Assembly: GCA_040767925.1 (NCBI GenBank)
Contig: JAXGNN010000001.1
Span: forward strand, 1,344,921-1,408,920
From: Christensenellales bacterium
GTDB taxonomy: Bacteria; Bacillota; Clostridia; Christensenellales; CAG-138
DNA length: 64,000 nucleotides
Direction of reading: 5' to 3'
Each line of letters starts with the position of its first letter. Position 1 is the stretch's first letter. The translations under genes were made by a program, and so were the position numbers. Below the pieces are notes generated by a model, which ran no database searches, was not told the origin of the DNA, and saw nothing but the letters and a program-made list of their open reading frames with translations. Below, piece after piece: positions 8,115 through 17,291 of the stretch.

Positions 8115-9011
8115 ATGTGGTTTCCATTGTCGCTTGCCGCTCTCATCTGCTGGAGCGGGTCCGATCTTTTTGCCAAAATCGGCTGCCAGGACCCCAAGGA
8201 AAAACACAGCCACCTGAAGATGGTCATCGCCGTGGGCGCCGTGATGGGCCTTCACGCGGCGTATGAGATGCTCTTCGGCGGCGTCGTGATGACGGGCGAG
8301 GTCTTCTTGAAGTATCTGCCCGTGTCGATGCTCTACATCCTCTCGATGGCGCTCGGGTACCTCGGCCTTCGCTACATCGAGCTCTCGATCTCCTCCCCCA
8401 TCTGCAACACCTCGGGCGCGGTGGTGGCGCTCATCTACCTCCTCTCGGGCGAGCCGGTCGAAACGCCGCAGCTGATCGCGATCGGCCTCATCGGCGTGGG
8501 CGTACTGATGCTCGGCGTCGTGCAGATGACGGAGGACGAGCAGTTGCGCCTCGCCCGGCAGGAAGCCTCGAACATGAAGTATTCGAAGAGCCTCCTCGCG
8601 CTTTTCATCCCGGTCGTCTACTGCCTGCTCGACGCGGCGGGCACCTACGCGGACAGCCTCGTGCTCGAAACCCTCGACGAGAACGCCGCCAACGTCGCCT
8701 ATGAGCTGACGTTCCTCCTGTGCGGCGCCGTCAGCTTCCTCTATGTGAAGCTCGTCAAAAAAGAGAAGTTCACACTGAAGCTGGAGGCGCCCAAATACGT
8801 CGGCGCCGTGTTTGAAACGGCGGGCCAGTTCGCCTATATCTTCGCCCTTGGCGCGAACGCCATGTTCGCGGCGCCCGTGATCTCCTGCTACTGCGCGCTC
8901 TCGGTCGTGTGGAGCCGCGTGTTCCTCAAGGAAAAGCTCGGCTGGAAGCACTACGTCTGCATCGCGGGCATCATCGCCGGCATCGCCATTTTAGGCGCGT
9001 ACGACGCTTAG
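8115..9011 (+). CDS. EamA/DMT-family membrane transporter
   Basis: Start moved to ATG 8115 (MWFPLSLAALICWSGSDLFAKIG). About 10 predicted hydrophobic helices in a two-EamA-repeat layout. Confidence 0.7.
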   Translation: MWFPLSLAALICWSGSDLFAKIGCQDPKEKHSHLKMVIAVGAVMGLHAAYEMLFGGVVMTGEVFLKYLPVSMLYILSMALGYLGLRYIELSISSPICNTSGAVVALIYLLSGEPVETPQLIAIGLIGVGVLMLGVVQMTEDEQLRLARQEASNMKYSKSLLALFIPVVYCLLDAAGTYADSLVLETLDENAANVAYELTFLLCGAVSFLYVKLVKKEKFTLKLEAPKYVGAVFETAGQFAYIFALGANAMFAAPVISCYCALSVVWSRVFLKEKLGWKHYVCIAGIIAGIAILGAYDA

Positions 9012-10273
9012 AGCCGCCTTTCGCCCTCGCTCCACACGGCCGTCACCGCGCGGGGATCGTCCGCGTAGACGAGCCGCTCGAGCCGTTCCGCGCTCGAAAG
9101 CGTCCTCGAGGGGGGGAGCATCGTGTCGGAGAGGACGACGGCGTGGAGCCTGTCTCCCGCGGCGAAGCCCGGGCCCGCGCCGAAGTAGCGCGCGCCCGCG
9201 GAGGTCGCGAGGTAAAACGCCTCGGCGACGGTGAGGAATTTCTCCTCCTCCCGTTTGCCGGAGTAATAGTAGCGCAGCTTCGAGACGCGGATCGCCTCCG
9301 CCATGCAGTGGAACAGCGAAAGCTTCGCGCCGCCCGCGATGTCCGACCCGAGCGCGACGTTGATGCCCTCGCTGAGCATCAGCCGCACCGGCGCGACGCC
9401 GGAATAGATGTTCGTATTGGAATCCGGGCAGTGTGCGACCCACACGCCCGTTTTTTTGATGCCCTCGCGCTCGCGCGCGTCGCTGTGGACGCAGTGCGCC
9501 ATGACGGTCTTTTCGCGCCAGAGGCCGCGCTTATCGTAGCTGTCCCAATACTGCGGGCATTCGGGGCAGAGCCGCCTGACCCATTCGATCTCCACGTCGT
9601 TCTCCGAAAGGTGGGATTGGATGGGCACGCCGTATTCGTCGGCGATTTTCGAGAGGCCCTCCATGAGCGCGTCCGAGCACGAGGGCGTGAAGCGCGGCGT
9701 GATGATGGGCGCGAGGTTTTTGAACCTTCCGCGGCTCTCCTCGATGAAACGGCGCGTTTCAAGAAGCGACCCCTCCGTCGTCTCCAGGAGCTCGGGCGGG
9801 GTGTTCCTGTCCATGTTGACCTTGCCGACAAAGCCGGAAACCCCCGCGCGCTCCAGCTCCTCCATGAGGATGAGCGCGCTCTCCCGATGGATGCTCGCGT
9901 AGACGCACGCGCGCGTCGTACCGAGGCGGATGAGTTCGTCCGCGAGCGCGGAATAGACCTTCCTCGCGAAAACCGGATCGGCGAACAGCGCCTCGGTCTT
10001 GAACGTGTAGGCGTTGAGCCACTCGATGAGCGGCAGGTCCATGCCGAGGCCCAGCATCGCGTACTGCGGCGCGTGCAGGTGCAGGTCCGAAAACGCGGGG
10101 ATGACGAGCATGCCCGAGAAGTCGTGCGTCCGCTCGGGGACGCAGCCCTCGGGCAGGCTATGATAAATTCCCTCGATCGCGCCGTCCCGAAGGAGCAGGC
10201 AGCCGTCCTCGACGGCCTCCAATTCCCCCATGCGCGGCGCGTGGACGAAGGTGGACTTGATCGCTTCTAACAT
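9008..10273 (-). CDS. guaD: Guanine deaminase (amidohydrolase superfamily)
   Basis: Start at ATG 10273 (GAAAGGAGGG RBS). The longer ORF upstream is repeat-derived. Motifs FSDLHLHAPQY, PRFTPSCS, QSHLSEN, AHCVH, GSDIAGG. Its stop overlaps the convergent DMT gene stop by 3 bp (9008-9010 vs 9009-9011). Confidence 0.8.
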   Translation of the reverse strand: MLEAIKSTFVHAPRMGELEAVEDGCLLLRDGAIEGIYHSLPEGCVPERTHDFSGMLVIPAFSDLHLHAPQYAMLGLGMDLPLIEWLNAYTFKTEALFADPVFARKVYSALADELIRLGTTRACVYASIHRESALILMEELERAGVSGFVGKVNMDRNTPPELLETTEGSLLETRRFIEESRGRFKNLAPIITPRFTPSCSDALMEGLSKIADEYGVPIQSHLSENDVEIEWVRRLCPECPQYWDSYDKRGLWREKTVMAHCVHSDAREREGIKKTGVWVAHCPDSNTNIYSGVAPVRLMLSEGINVALGSDIAGGAKLSLFHCMAEAIRVSKLRYYYSGKREEEKFLTVAEAFYLATSAGARYFGAGPGFAAGDRLHAVVLSDTMLPPSRTLSSAERLERLVYADDPRAVTAVWSEGERRL

Positions 10274-10302
10274 CGTTTTCCCTCCTTTCGGGTCATGTGC
10301 GG

Positions 10303-10462
10303 GGGGACGGGGGTAATTGACAATTGACAATTGATAATTGACAATCGGGGAACGCCGCCGCGGGCGGGGACGGGGGTAATTGACAATTGACAATTGATAA
10401 TTGACAATCGGGAACGCCGCCGCGAGCGGGAAATTTTGTAGGGGCGGATTCCATATCCGCCC
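10303..10462 (+). repeat. Repeat locus 3: two 63-bp heptamer modules plus one hairpin module
   Basis: GGGGACGGGGGTAATTGACAATTGACAATTGATAATTGACAATCGGGGAACGCCGCCGCG twice (10314 and 10377), then TTTTGTAG-GGGCGGAT-TCCAT-ATCCGCCC (10442-10462). Confidence 0.9.
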
Positions 10463-10560
10463 GCCGTCCTTTCCCCGACGCGGGCGGGGGCAGTTCTGCT
10501 TGTTCGGGGTTCCGGATCTGTCGGCGCTTGCGGCTCCAGCGCCCCCTGCGCCCAAAATTC

Positions 10561-10586
10561 ATTGTCAATTGTCAATTATCAATTGC
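10561..10586 (-). repeat. Isolated heptamer block forming the 3' end of the MocA-like gene
   Basis: ATTGTCAATTGTCAATTATCAATTGC. This is the inverted complement of the blocks at 10314-10410. Confidence 0.85.
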
Positions 10587-11149
10587 TTCAGCTCTTCCGC
10601 GCCGTCCACGTCGGCGAGCTCGCCCGGGTCGGCGACCTGGTGAAGGGCGAGGGCGTCCTCGTGCCTTCTTATGACCTCGCTGCCGCCGCTGTCCCCCGCA
10701 AGGGCGCAGAGCTCGTCGAAGAAACGCCCGGGGAAGATCGCGGGGTTGCCGCGCCTCTGCCCGTTCCCCAGCGCGCGGATGACATGGGGATCCTTCTCAA
10801 ACGCGTCGACGAGGGCCAAGACGCTCTCCCGCGTGAGCCGCGGCTGATCCGCCACCATGAACATGGCGGCGTCTGCGCCGAGCGCCCTCGCGCGCTCAAG
10901 CCCCATGCGGATCGTACGGGAGACGCCCTCCTCCGGGCGGTCGTTCTTCACGGCGAAAAAGCCGCGCCTCTCGGCCTCCGCGAGGATCTCCCCGCTGCCG
11001 GAGACGACGATGGTCGCGCGAAGCTTCTCCGCAGGCACGGCGTCGAGCGCGCGCGCGTAGAGCGGCTTCCCCCGGTAGGGCGCGAGGAGCTTGTTCGAGC
11101 CGAAGCGCCTCCCGGCGCCCGCGGCCATCAATATGCATACGAGATTCAT
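10565..11149 (-). CDS. MobA/MocA-like molybdenum-cofactor nucleotidyltransferase (YgfJ type)
   Basis: ILMAAGAGRRFGSNKLL, VADQP, GNPAIFP motifs. ATGA overlap with the upstream hydantoinase stop. The last 6 codons (QLIIDN) and the TGA are repeat sequence. Confidence 0.75.
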   Translation of the reverse strand: MNLVCILMAAGAGRRFGSNKLLAPYRGKPLYARALDAVPAEKLRATIVVSGSGEILAEAERRGFFAVKNDRPEEGVSRTIRMGLERARALGADAAMFMVADQPRLTRESVLALVDAFEKDPHVIRALGNGQRRGNPAIFPGRFFDELCALAGDSGGSEVIRRHEDALALHQVADPGELADVDGAEELKQLIIDN

Positions 11150-12510
11150 CGCGTGTGTATGCAGCCCTTCCTGTGGAGGTACTTCCCCGCGCCGGAGATC
11201 GTGAAAACGCCGTTCTCCACGACGCGCGCGCCGTTGACGAACACGTCCCGCGCGCGGCCATGTACGGCAAAACCGGCGAACGGGGAGTTATCGCAATGAT
11301 GCGCCGTACCCGCGTCGCTTATGCAAGAAACGGCGTCCGGGTCCCACACGACGAGGTCCGCGGCGAAGCCCGGCGCGACGGCGCCCCTGTCCTCCATGCC
11401 GAAAAGGCGGGAGGGCGCGTAGGAGAGCAGCTCCACCATGCGCTCGAGCGTGATCCTCCCCGCGCGCACGCCGTAGTTGTAAAGGAGCTCGCCCCTGTGC
11501 TGCACGCCGGCGCCCCCGTTGGGGATGAGGGAGAAATCGCCCTTTCCCCGCGCCTTCTGCGCCAGGGTGAAGGAGCAGTGGTCGGTGCCGACGAAATCGA
11601 TCCCGCCCGAGGCGAGGCCGCCCCAGAGCGCCTCGCAGTCCGAGGCTTTGCGCAGCGGCGGGGACATCACGAACTTCGCGCCGTCCTCCCGTTTGTAGCA
11701 TTCGTCCGTTAAGAGCAGGTATTGCGGGCAGGTCTCGAGATAAACCTCCTGCCCCCGCTCGCGCGCGCGAAGCGCCTCGCGGTAGCCCTCCTCCGTGGAC
11801 AGATGCACGACGTAGACGGGCGCGCCCGCAAGCTCGGCGATGCGAAGATACCTTGCCACCGCCTCCGCCTCGACGGGCGACGGGCGGGAGAGCGGATGCC
11901 CTTCCGGCCCCGTGACGTCCGCGGCCTTGACCTCCGAAATCATGCGCCTTAGCACGTCCCAGTTTTCGCAGTGCGCGCCGAGAAGGGCGTTTTCTTTTTT
12001 TATGGCCTTGACGGCCGCATAGATGCTGCCGTCGTCCACGCGCAGCTTGTCGTACACCATGTACATCTTATATGAGGTCACGCCCGCCTCCGTCATGCGC
12101 GGAAGCTCGGCCTCGGTTTTTTCATCCCACCGGGCGACGGCCATGTGGAAGCCGTAGTTGCAGGAGCTGCCTCTCGCCTTCTCGTGCCAGGCGCAAAGCG
12201 CGTCCTCGAGCGTGCCGTCTATGTCCTGCGTCGCGAAGTCGAGCACCGCCGTCGTGCCGCCGAGCACGGCCGCGCGGCTGCCGGTCGTAAAATCGTCCGC
12301 CGTCTTCGTATAGCCCAAATCGAGGTCGAAGTGCGTGTGCGTGTCGATGAAGCCGGGCAAAACGAACATGCCCCGCGCGTCGAGCTCCCGCGCCCCGGCG
12401 CAGCGGAGGGAAGGGCCGACGTCTGCGATGCTTTCGCCCTCGACGAGCACGTCCGCGGCGAGCCTTCCGTTCCAATTGACGATCGTTGCGTTTTTGATGA
12501 GCGTTTTCAT
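11146..12510 (-). CDS. Cyclic amidohydrolase, dihydropyrimidinase/D-hydantoinase type
   Basis: Start at ATG 12510 (MKTLIKNATIV). Metal ligands GFIDTHTHFDL, SYKMYM (carboxylated Lys), HCEN, VVHLS, GTDHCSF. Confidence 0.85.
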   Translation of the reverse strand: MKTLIKNATIVNWNGRLAADVLVEGESIADVGPSLRCAGARELDARGMFVLPGFIDTHTHFDLDLGYTKTADDFTTGSRAAVLGGTTAVLDFATQDIDGTLEDALCAWHEKARGSSCNYGFHMAVARWDEKTEAELPRMTEAGVTSYKMYMVYDKLRVDDGSIYAAVKAIKKENALLGAHCENWDVLRRMISEVKAADVTGPEGHPLSRPSPVEAEAVARYLRIAELAGAPVYVVHLSTEEGYREALRARERGQEVYLETCPQYLLLTDECYKREDGAKFVMSPPLRKASDCEALWGGLASGGIDFVGTDHCSFTLAQKARGKGDFSLIPNGGAGVQHRGELLYNYGVRAGRITLERMVELLSYAPSRLFGMEDRGAVAPGFAADLVVWDPDAVSCISDAGTAHHCDNSPFAGFAVHGRARDVFVNGARVVENGVFTISGAGKYLHRKGCIHTR

Positions 12511-12580
12511 GCTTTCCTCGCGTCTGTTTTTCCAATGGGATTGCGGCGCGCGGGCCGGGGCCCGGCGGCGGGCGCCCCGC

Positions 12581-14350
12581 TCACGCGGGGAGGATGGCCT
12601 CATACTCGCGCAAAAACGCGCGCCCGTCGATATCCGAGGGCATTTCGAGCACCGAGGGGGCGATCGAAAGGCAGATCAGCGGCGCCTCGGGCGCGCAGTT
12701 GCGCTTGAACTGCTGCTGGAAGAAGCGCCGGAGGAAGATGCCCAGCACCCGGTGGATCTCCTCCTTCGGGAAGTCGAGCCGCGCAGAGGCTTCCTCATAA
12801 ATGCGCTTCGGGCGCATCCCCCGCATGAAATGGTAGAGGAAGAAATCGTGCAGCTCGTACGCGCCCACGAGCTCCTCTGTCTTCTGCGAGATCGCGCCGT
12901 CCACGGGGGGCAGAAGCTCCGGACTCACGGGCGTCGCGAGGATGTCCTCGAGCGTCGCCGCGGCCTCGGGGAAACGCCGGCACGCCTCCTTCACGACGCG
13001 GCGGATGACGGTCTTTGGGATGGAGGCGTTGACGCCGTACTGCGCGAGGTGGTCGCCGCCGAAGGTCGTCCAGCCGAGCGCAGCTTCCGAAAGATCGCCC
13101 GTGCCCACGTCGAGCAGGTTTTCGGCGTTGGAGATGGAGAGCAGGATCTGCGTCCTCTCGCGCGCCTGCGCGTTCTCAAAGACGCAGTCGTGCACGCTCT
13201 CGTCCCGCCCGAGGTCTATAAAATGCTGCCGGCACGCGGGCACGACGCTGATTTCCCGATAAGAGCAGCCGAGCGCTTTGACGAGCGCCTCCGCGTTGTT
13301 CTTCGTCCTGCCCGAGGTGCCGAAGCCCGGCATGGACACGCCGAGGATGTCCGCGCGCGGCCTGCCCGTTTTATCCATGGCAGCGCAGCACGCGATCAGG
13401 GCGAGCGCGCTGTCGAGCCCGCCGGACACACCCACGACGAAGCCCCGGCTGCCGATGTGGGACATGCGCCGCACGAGCGCCGCGGCCTGGAGGTCGAGTA
13501 TGCGCCCGAGCTGCTCGCGCGCGTGGGCGGGATTGTCGGAAACGTACATGCCCTCGTCCCCCGCGGCAGAGTACGGCTCGAAGGAGGAAAGCCTGTCCGG
13601 CTGCACGTCGGCGTAGACGAAGGGCTCCTCCTCGAGCGGCTCGGACAAGGCGAGCACCTCCCCCTGCGCGGCGATGGCCGAAAGCCCGTCGAACACGAAA
13701 CTCGTCGTGCTCTCCCCCGCGCCGGGCGAGGCGTAGGCGACGGCCATGCCCGTCCTGGCGGTGAAGGCGCAAAGCGCGTCCCGTGTGATATGATAGCTCT
13801 TCGCCGTGGCGTTGAGCGCGCTGGAAAGCAGCATCACGTAACCCTCGCGCGGCTCGTGGCCCGCGCGGAAAAGCTCGTTGCCAAAACCCGCGGCGAGCTT
13901 CGATACCGGCGTGAGCGGCTGGCGCGCGGGGATGGTCCTGTCCATGGCGGGGATGAAGCCAAAAGGGTTCTCGTCGCTCGAGGAGGGGAGTATGGCGATC
14001 ACGCGCGCGCCGCGGATGAGCGCGATGCAACTCCTCGGCATGCCGCCGATCACATACGGCAATCCCACAGCCGAGGTCACGCCGCACTGGCGCGTCGCCT
14101 CGCAGATGCGCGTGAGCGCCGCCTTCGAGGCTTCGAGCACCACCTCGCTCTTGAGCAGGGAGCCGAGCGTGGCCCCCGTAAGGCAAAGCTCCGGCAGCGC
14201 GAGATAGTCCGCGCCGATTTCCTCCGCCCGCTTGATCATGCGTATGACGGCCTCGGCGTTGGCGGCCGGATCCCCCGGCGCGATGGCCGGGGACGCCGCG
14301 CAGATGCGCACGGGCGTCGCGTACCCCATGGCGAGCATCGTGTTTGTCAT
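12581..14350 (-). CDS. nadE: Glutamine-dependent NAD+ synthetase
   Basis: Start at ATG 14350 (GGAGGTGAGG RBS). N-terminal CN-hydrolase domain (LALPELCLTG) plus a PP-loop domain (VVGVSGGLDSALAL). Confidence 0.9.
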   Translation of the reverse strand: MTNTMLAMGYATPVRICAASPAIAPGDPAANAEAVIRMIKRAEEIGADYLALPELCLTGATLGSLLKSEVVLEASKAALTRICEATRQCGVTSAVGLPYVIGGMPRSCIALIRGARVIAILPSSSDENPFGFIPAMDRTIPARQPLTPVSKLAAGFGNELFRAGHEPREGYVMLLSSALNATAKSYHITRDALCAFTARTGMAVAYASPGAGESTTSFVFDGLSAIAAQGEVLALSEPLEEEPFVYADVQPDRLSSFEPYSAAGDEGMYVSDNPAHAREQLGRILDLQAAALVRRMSHIGSRGFVVGVSGGLDSALALIACCAAMDKTGRPRADILGVSMPGFGTSGRTKNNAEALVKALGCSYREISVVPACRQHFIDLGRDESVHDCVFENAQARERTQILLSISNAENLLDVGTGDLSEAALGWTTFGGDHLAQYGVNASIPKTVIRRVVKEACRRFPEAAATLEDILATPVSPELLPPVDGAISQKTEELVGAYELHDFFLYHFMRGMRPKRIYEEASARLDFPKEEIHRVLGIFLRRFFQQQFKRNCAPEAPLICLSIAPSVLEMPSDIDGRAFLREYEAILPA

Positions 14351-14436
14351 ATCCTCACCTCCGCTTGATGATCCGATGAAATCCACGGCTGTCAAAGAAG
14401 ATTATAGCGCTTTTTGCCTGTATCTACCATGTTTTT

Positions 14437-14518
14437 TTCGATATAGGCGCTTTAGAAGCCTTTCGACAGGATTATGCCCGGCGCTTCGACAATGTATGCT
14501 CTCAGGACAAGCTATAAT
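14437..14518 (+). promoter_or_regulatory. Spo0A-dependent spoIIE promoter region
   Basis: 0A boxes in reverse orientation: TTCGATA 14437-14443, TTCGACA 14462-14468, TTCGACA 14485-14491 (complement of TGTCGAA). The -35-like TCGACA (14486-14491) is followed by 21 nt and then a perfect TATAAT (14513-14518). Confidence 0.6.
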
Positions 14519-14551
14519 GAATCCACTTATTGTGGAAGGGGACAGTTCGCC

Positions 14552-16045
14552 GTGCAGCTCTTCGCGTCAGGCAGCAAATCGCATCTCTCCGCCGCCGCCC
14601 TGCGCGCGGCGCCCAAGAAGGCCATGCGCATCGGGGCGGGCTTCATCTGCGGCGCGGCGGGCATGTTCGGGTTTTCGCCCCTGGCGCTGCCCGCCGTCGC
14701 CGCGGCGTGGCTGTGCCTGGACGACGCCTGCTATGTGCTCGTCGGCGCCCTAATGGGCACGCTCGTGTCGGAAAGCTTCGCATCCTTTTCGGCATGCGCG
14801 CTCTTTGGCGGGGCCGAGCTGCTGCTGGCGCTCTGGCGCGCGCCGCGGGGAAGGAACGCCGCGCTCCTGCGGGCGTTCCTCGTGATGGCCGCGGCGCAGG
14901 CGGCGCTGCTCCCCTTTATATATCCGCTCTGGGGGAACGAGTTTTTCGTGGGCATGGGCTGCCTTTTCATATCGCCTGCGGCGAGCGCCGTCATTGCGCG
15001 CGGCGTGCGCGCGCTCGCGGGCTATATGGACGGCAGGCGCCTCGCGCGCGCGGACGCTCTCACCCTGTTGATTCTCCTGTTGCTGCTCGTGGGGGCGCTG
15101 CTGCTCGCTCCCCCCGCCGCCGCGGCTGCCGGACTCGTCGCCATGCTCCTTGCGGCCTTCGCCGTGTGCCGGGAGCGGGCGGGCGCGGCCGGCGCGTTGA
15201 GAAAGACCCGCCGCAACCTCATCGACGCCGCAGGCGTCGCAAAGGGCATCGCCCAGTATATCGGAGGGAGCGCCGGCGGGGATTTACTGGCGCGAAGCCA
15301 GCTCGAGGGCATGGGGGGCGCCATGGAAAAGCTCGCCGCAGGGAGCGCGGCATTGATGCGGTGCCGCATCCGCCTGCGTACGGGGACGGCGGGCGTGCCC
15401 ATGCAAGGCAGCGCCCTCACGGGGGACGCGATCGCCATGCGCCGCGCGGGGGATACGGCGATATTCATCCTGAGCGACGGCATGGGGACCGGGGAGGCGG
15501 CGCACCGCGAGAGCGCGATGGCGGCGGCGCTCCTCGGGGACATGCTCTCGGTCGGGTACGACGAGGACGCGGCGCAGCGGGGCGTGAACGATCTGATGCT
15601 CCTCTCCGGGGAGGAGACCTACGCCACGCTCGACGCCGCGCTCATCGACCTGATGACGGGGGAAATGCGCATGCTCAAGTTCGGCGCGCCCCCCTCCTAC
15701 ATCCTGCGCGAGGGCCGCGTGCGCGCCGTGGAAAGCCCTGCGCCGCCCGCAGGCATCCTCGAAGGGGCGCGGGCGGGCGCGGGCAGCGCCCAGCTCAAGC
15801 GGGGCGACGCGCTCGTGATGATGACGGACGGCCTCATGGACGCGCTGGGCATGGAGCTTTTCGCCTCCATCGTGGAGCTCGTGGGCGGCGCCAACACGCC
15901 CGAGGACGCGGCCGAGGCGCTCGTCGCCCGCGCGCTCGAGCGCGGCTACAACGACGACATGAGCGTCCTCGTGGCGCGCGTCGAGGGTGAGCCGCTCGCG
16001 ATCCGGCGGGAAAGGATTGAGGAAGCCGCCGAAGCGCCCGCATAA
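14552..16045 (+). CDS. spoIIE: Stage II sporulation protein E (membrane PP2C phosphatase), compact form
   Basis: Start placed at in-frame GTG 14552 (GGAAGGGGA 9 nt upstream), because ATG 14474 lies inside the promoter. Polytopic N-terminal region. C-terminal PP2C domain ILSDGMGTGEAAHRES .. MMTDGLMD .. YNDDMSVLVARV. Confidence 0.8.
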   Translation: MQLFASGSKSHLSAAALRAAPKKAMRIGAGFICGAAGMFGFSPLALPAVAAAWLCLDDACYVLVGALMGTLVSESFASFSACALFGGAELLLALWRAPRGRNAALLRAFLVMAAAQAALLPFIYPLWGNEFFVGMGCLFISPAASAVIARGVRALAGYMDGRRLARADALTLLILLLLLVGALLLAPPAAAAAGLVAMLLAAFAVCRERAGAAGALRKTRRNLIDAAGVAKGIAQYIGGSAGGDLLARSQLEGMGGAMEKLAAGSAALMRCRIRLRTGTAGVPMQGSALTGDAIAMRRAGDTAIFILSDGMGTGEAAHRESAMAAALLGDMLSVGYDEDAAQRGVNDLMLLSGEETYATLDAALIDLMTGEMRMLKFGAPPSYILREGRVRAVESPAPPAGILEGARAGAGSAQLKRGDALVMMTDGLMDALGMELFASIVELVGGANTPEDAAEALVARALERGYNDDMSVLVARVEGEPLAIRRERIEEAAEAPA

Positions 16046-16067
16046 AAACTGCATAATAATTATTCGC

Positions 16068-16103
16068 GCGCCGCGGCCGACAACGCCGGGCGGCGCTTTT
16101 TTT
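16068..16103 (+). terminator. Intrinsic terminator after spoIIE
   Basis: GCGCCGC..GCGGCGC stem followed by TTTTTTT. Confidence 0.65.
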
Positions 16104-16198
16104 GCGCAAAATCGGCTGTGCCGTATTTTTATATTCGCATTATGCATTTCTCATTCGGTAATATACTATATATTTTGCATAAATATTTATAAATATGC

Positions 16199-16227
16199 TT
16201 GACAGCCCGCCTCAACAGGCGTATGCT
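16199..16227 (+). promoter_or_regulatory. Candidate sigma-A promoter of the polar amino-acid ABC operon
   Basis: TTGACA (16199-16204), 17 nt, TATGCT (16222-16227), preceded by an ~80-bp AT-rich tract. Confidence 0.5.
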
Positions 16228-16262
16228 GAACGGCATATTGATGCGTTGGAGGATACATAATC

Positions 16263-17144
16263 ATGAAGAAATCTTGCATGGCAATAGCGCTCGCGCTCGT
16301 CCTCTCCCTGGCGCTCCTCGGCTGCTCCGCCGGGGAAACCGGTTCCGGCGACGCCTACAAGCTCGTGGAAAAAGGCAAGCTGCTCGTGGCGCTCAGCCCC
16401 GACTTCGCGCCGATGGAGTTTGTGGACACCTCGAAAACCGGCCAGGAGCAGTACGTCGGCTTCGACGTGACGCTCGCGAACTTCATCGCCGAGGAGATGG
16501 GCCTCGAGCTCGTGATCAAGCCCATGTCCTTCGAGGCCTGCCAGACCGCCGTGCAGCTTGGGGCGGTCGACATGTCCATCTCCGGCTTCTCCTGGACGGA
16601 GGAGCGCGCGGAAAATTTCAGCCTTTCGGATTACTACTACGCGGGCGACAACGAGACGGAGCAGACCGTCATCACGCTCGCCGACAAAGCCGGGACCTTC
16701 TTTGAGCCCGCCGACTTTACCGGGCTGAAGATCGCCGCGCAGGCGGCCTCGCTGCAGGAGAACCTGTGCAACGAGCAGCTCAAGGAATACGCGGCTTCCA
16801 TCGAGCTTTATAAGTCCATAGACGACGCGGTGCTCGCGCTGAAGACGGGCAAGGTGGACGCCGTCGCGGTGGCGTACGGAAACGGCGAGGCCATCATCGC
16901 CAACAACCCCGACATCGGCATGTCCGGCTTCGAGTTCACGATCGACGAGGCCGCCGCCAACAACCTCATTCTGCTCAACAAAAGCGCCGCCGACCTGACC
17001 GAGGCCGTGAACGCGATCCTCGCCAAGGCCTACGACGCGGGTTATTACGGGCAGTGGTACGAGAAGGCCAAGGAGCTCGCGGGCATCCCGACGGCCGCGG
17101 ACGTCAGCTACGACGACGAGGGCAACGCCGCGCCGCAGGGCTGA
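16263..17144 (+). CDS. Polar amino-acid ABC transporter substrate-binding lipoprotein
   Basis: Lipobox LALLGCS. SBP_bac_3-like blocks LLVALSPDFAPMEF, GAVDMSISGFSWTEER. GGAGGA RBS. Confidence 0.88.
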   Translation: MKKSCMAIALALVLSLALLGCSAGETGSGDAYKLVEKGKLLVALSPDFAPMEFVDTSKTGQEQYVGFDVTLANFIAEEMGLELVIKPMSFEACQTAVQLGAVDMSISGFSWTEERAENFSLSDYYYAGDNETEQTVITLADKAGTFFEPADFTGLKIAAQAASLQENLCNEQLKEYAASIELYKSIDDAVLALKTGKVDAVAVAYGNGEAIIANNPDIGMSGFEFTIDEAAANNLILLNKSAADLTEAVNAILAKAYDAGYYGQWYEKAKELAGIPTAADVSYDDEGNAAPQG

Positions 17145-17291
17145 GGAAACACCCGCCCGCCCGCAGCCGGCAGCACTCCCCCGCTGCCGGCTGTCCGCGC
17201 GACGTGAGGCACAGAGCGTAACGACACGGAGCGCGAACCGCTCTTTCTAAGATACAGAAACGAATCCGCCGGCCCGGCGGGGAGGTACTGC

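Noticed and set aside
14474-14551. ATG 14474 as the spoIIE start.
   Set aside because: That ATG and the next 25 codons overlap the Spo0A boxes, the -35-like element and the TATAAT of the predicted promoter.
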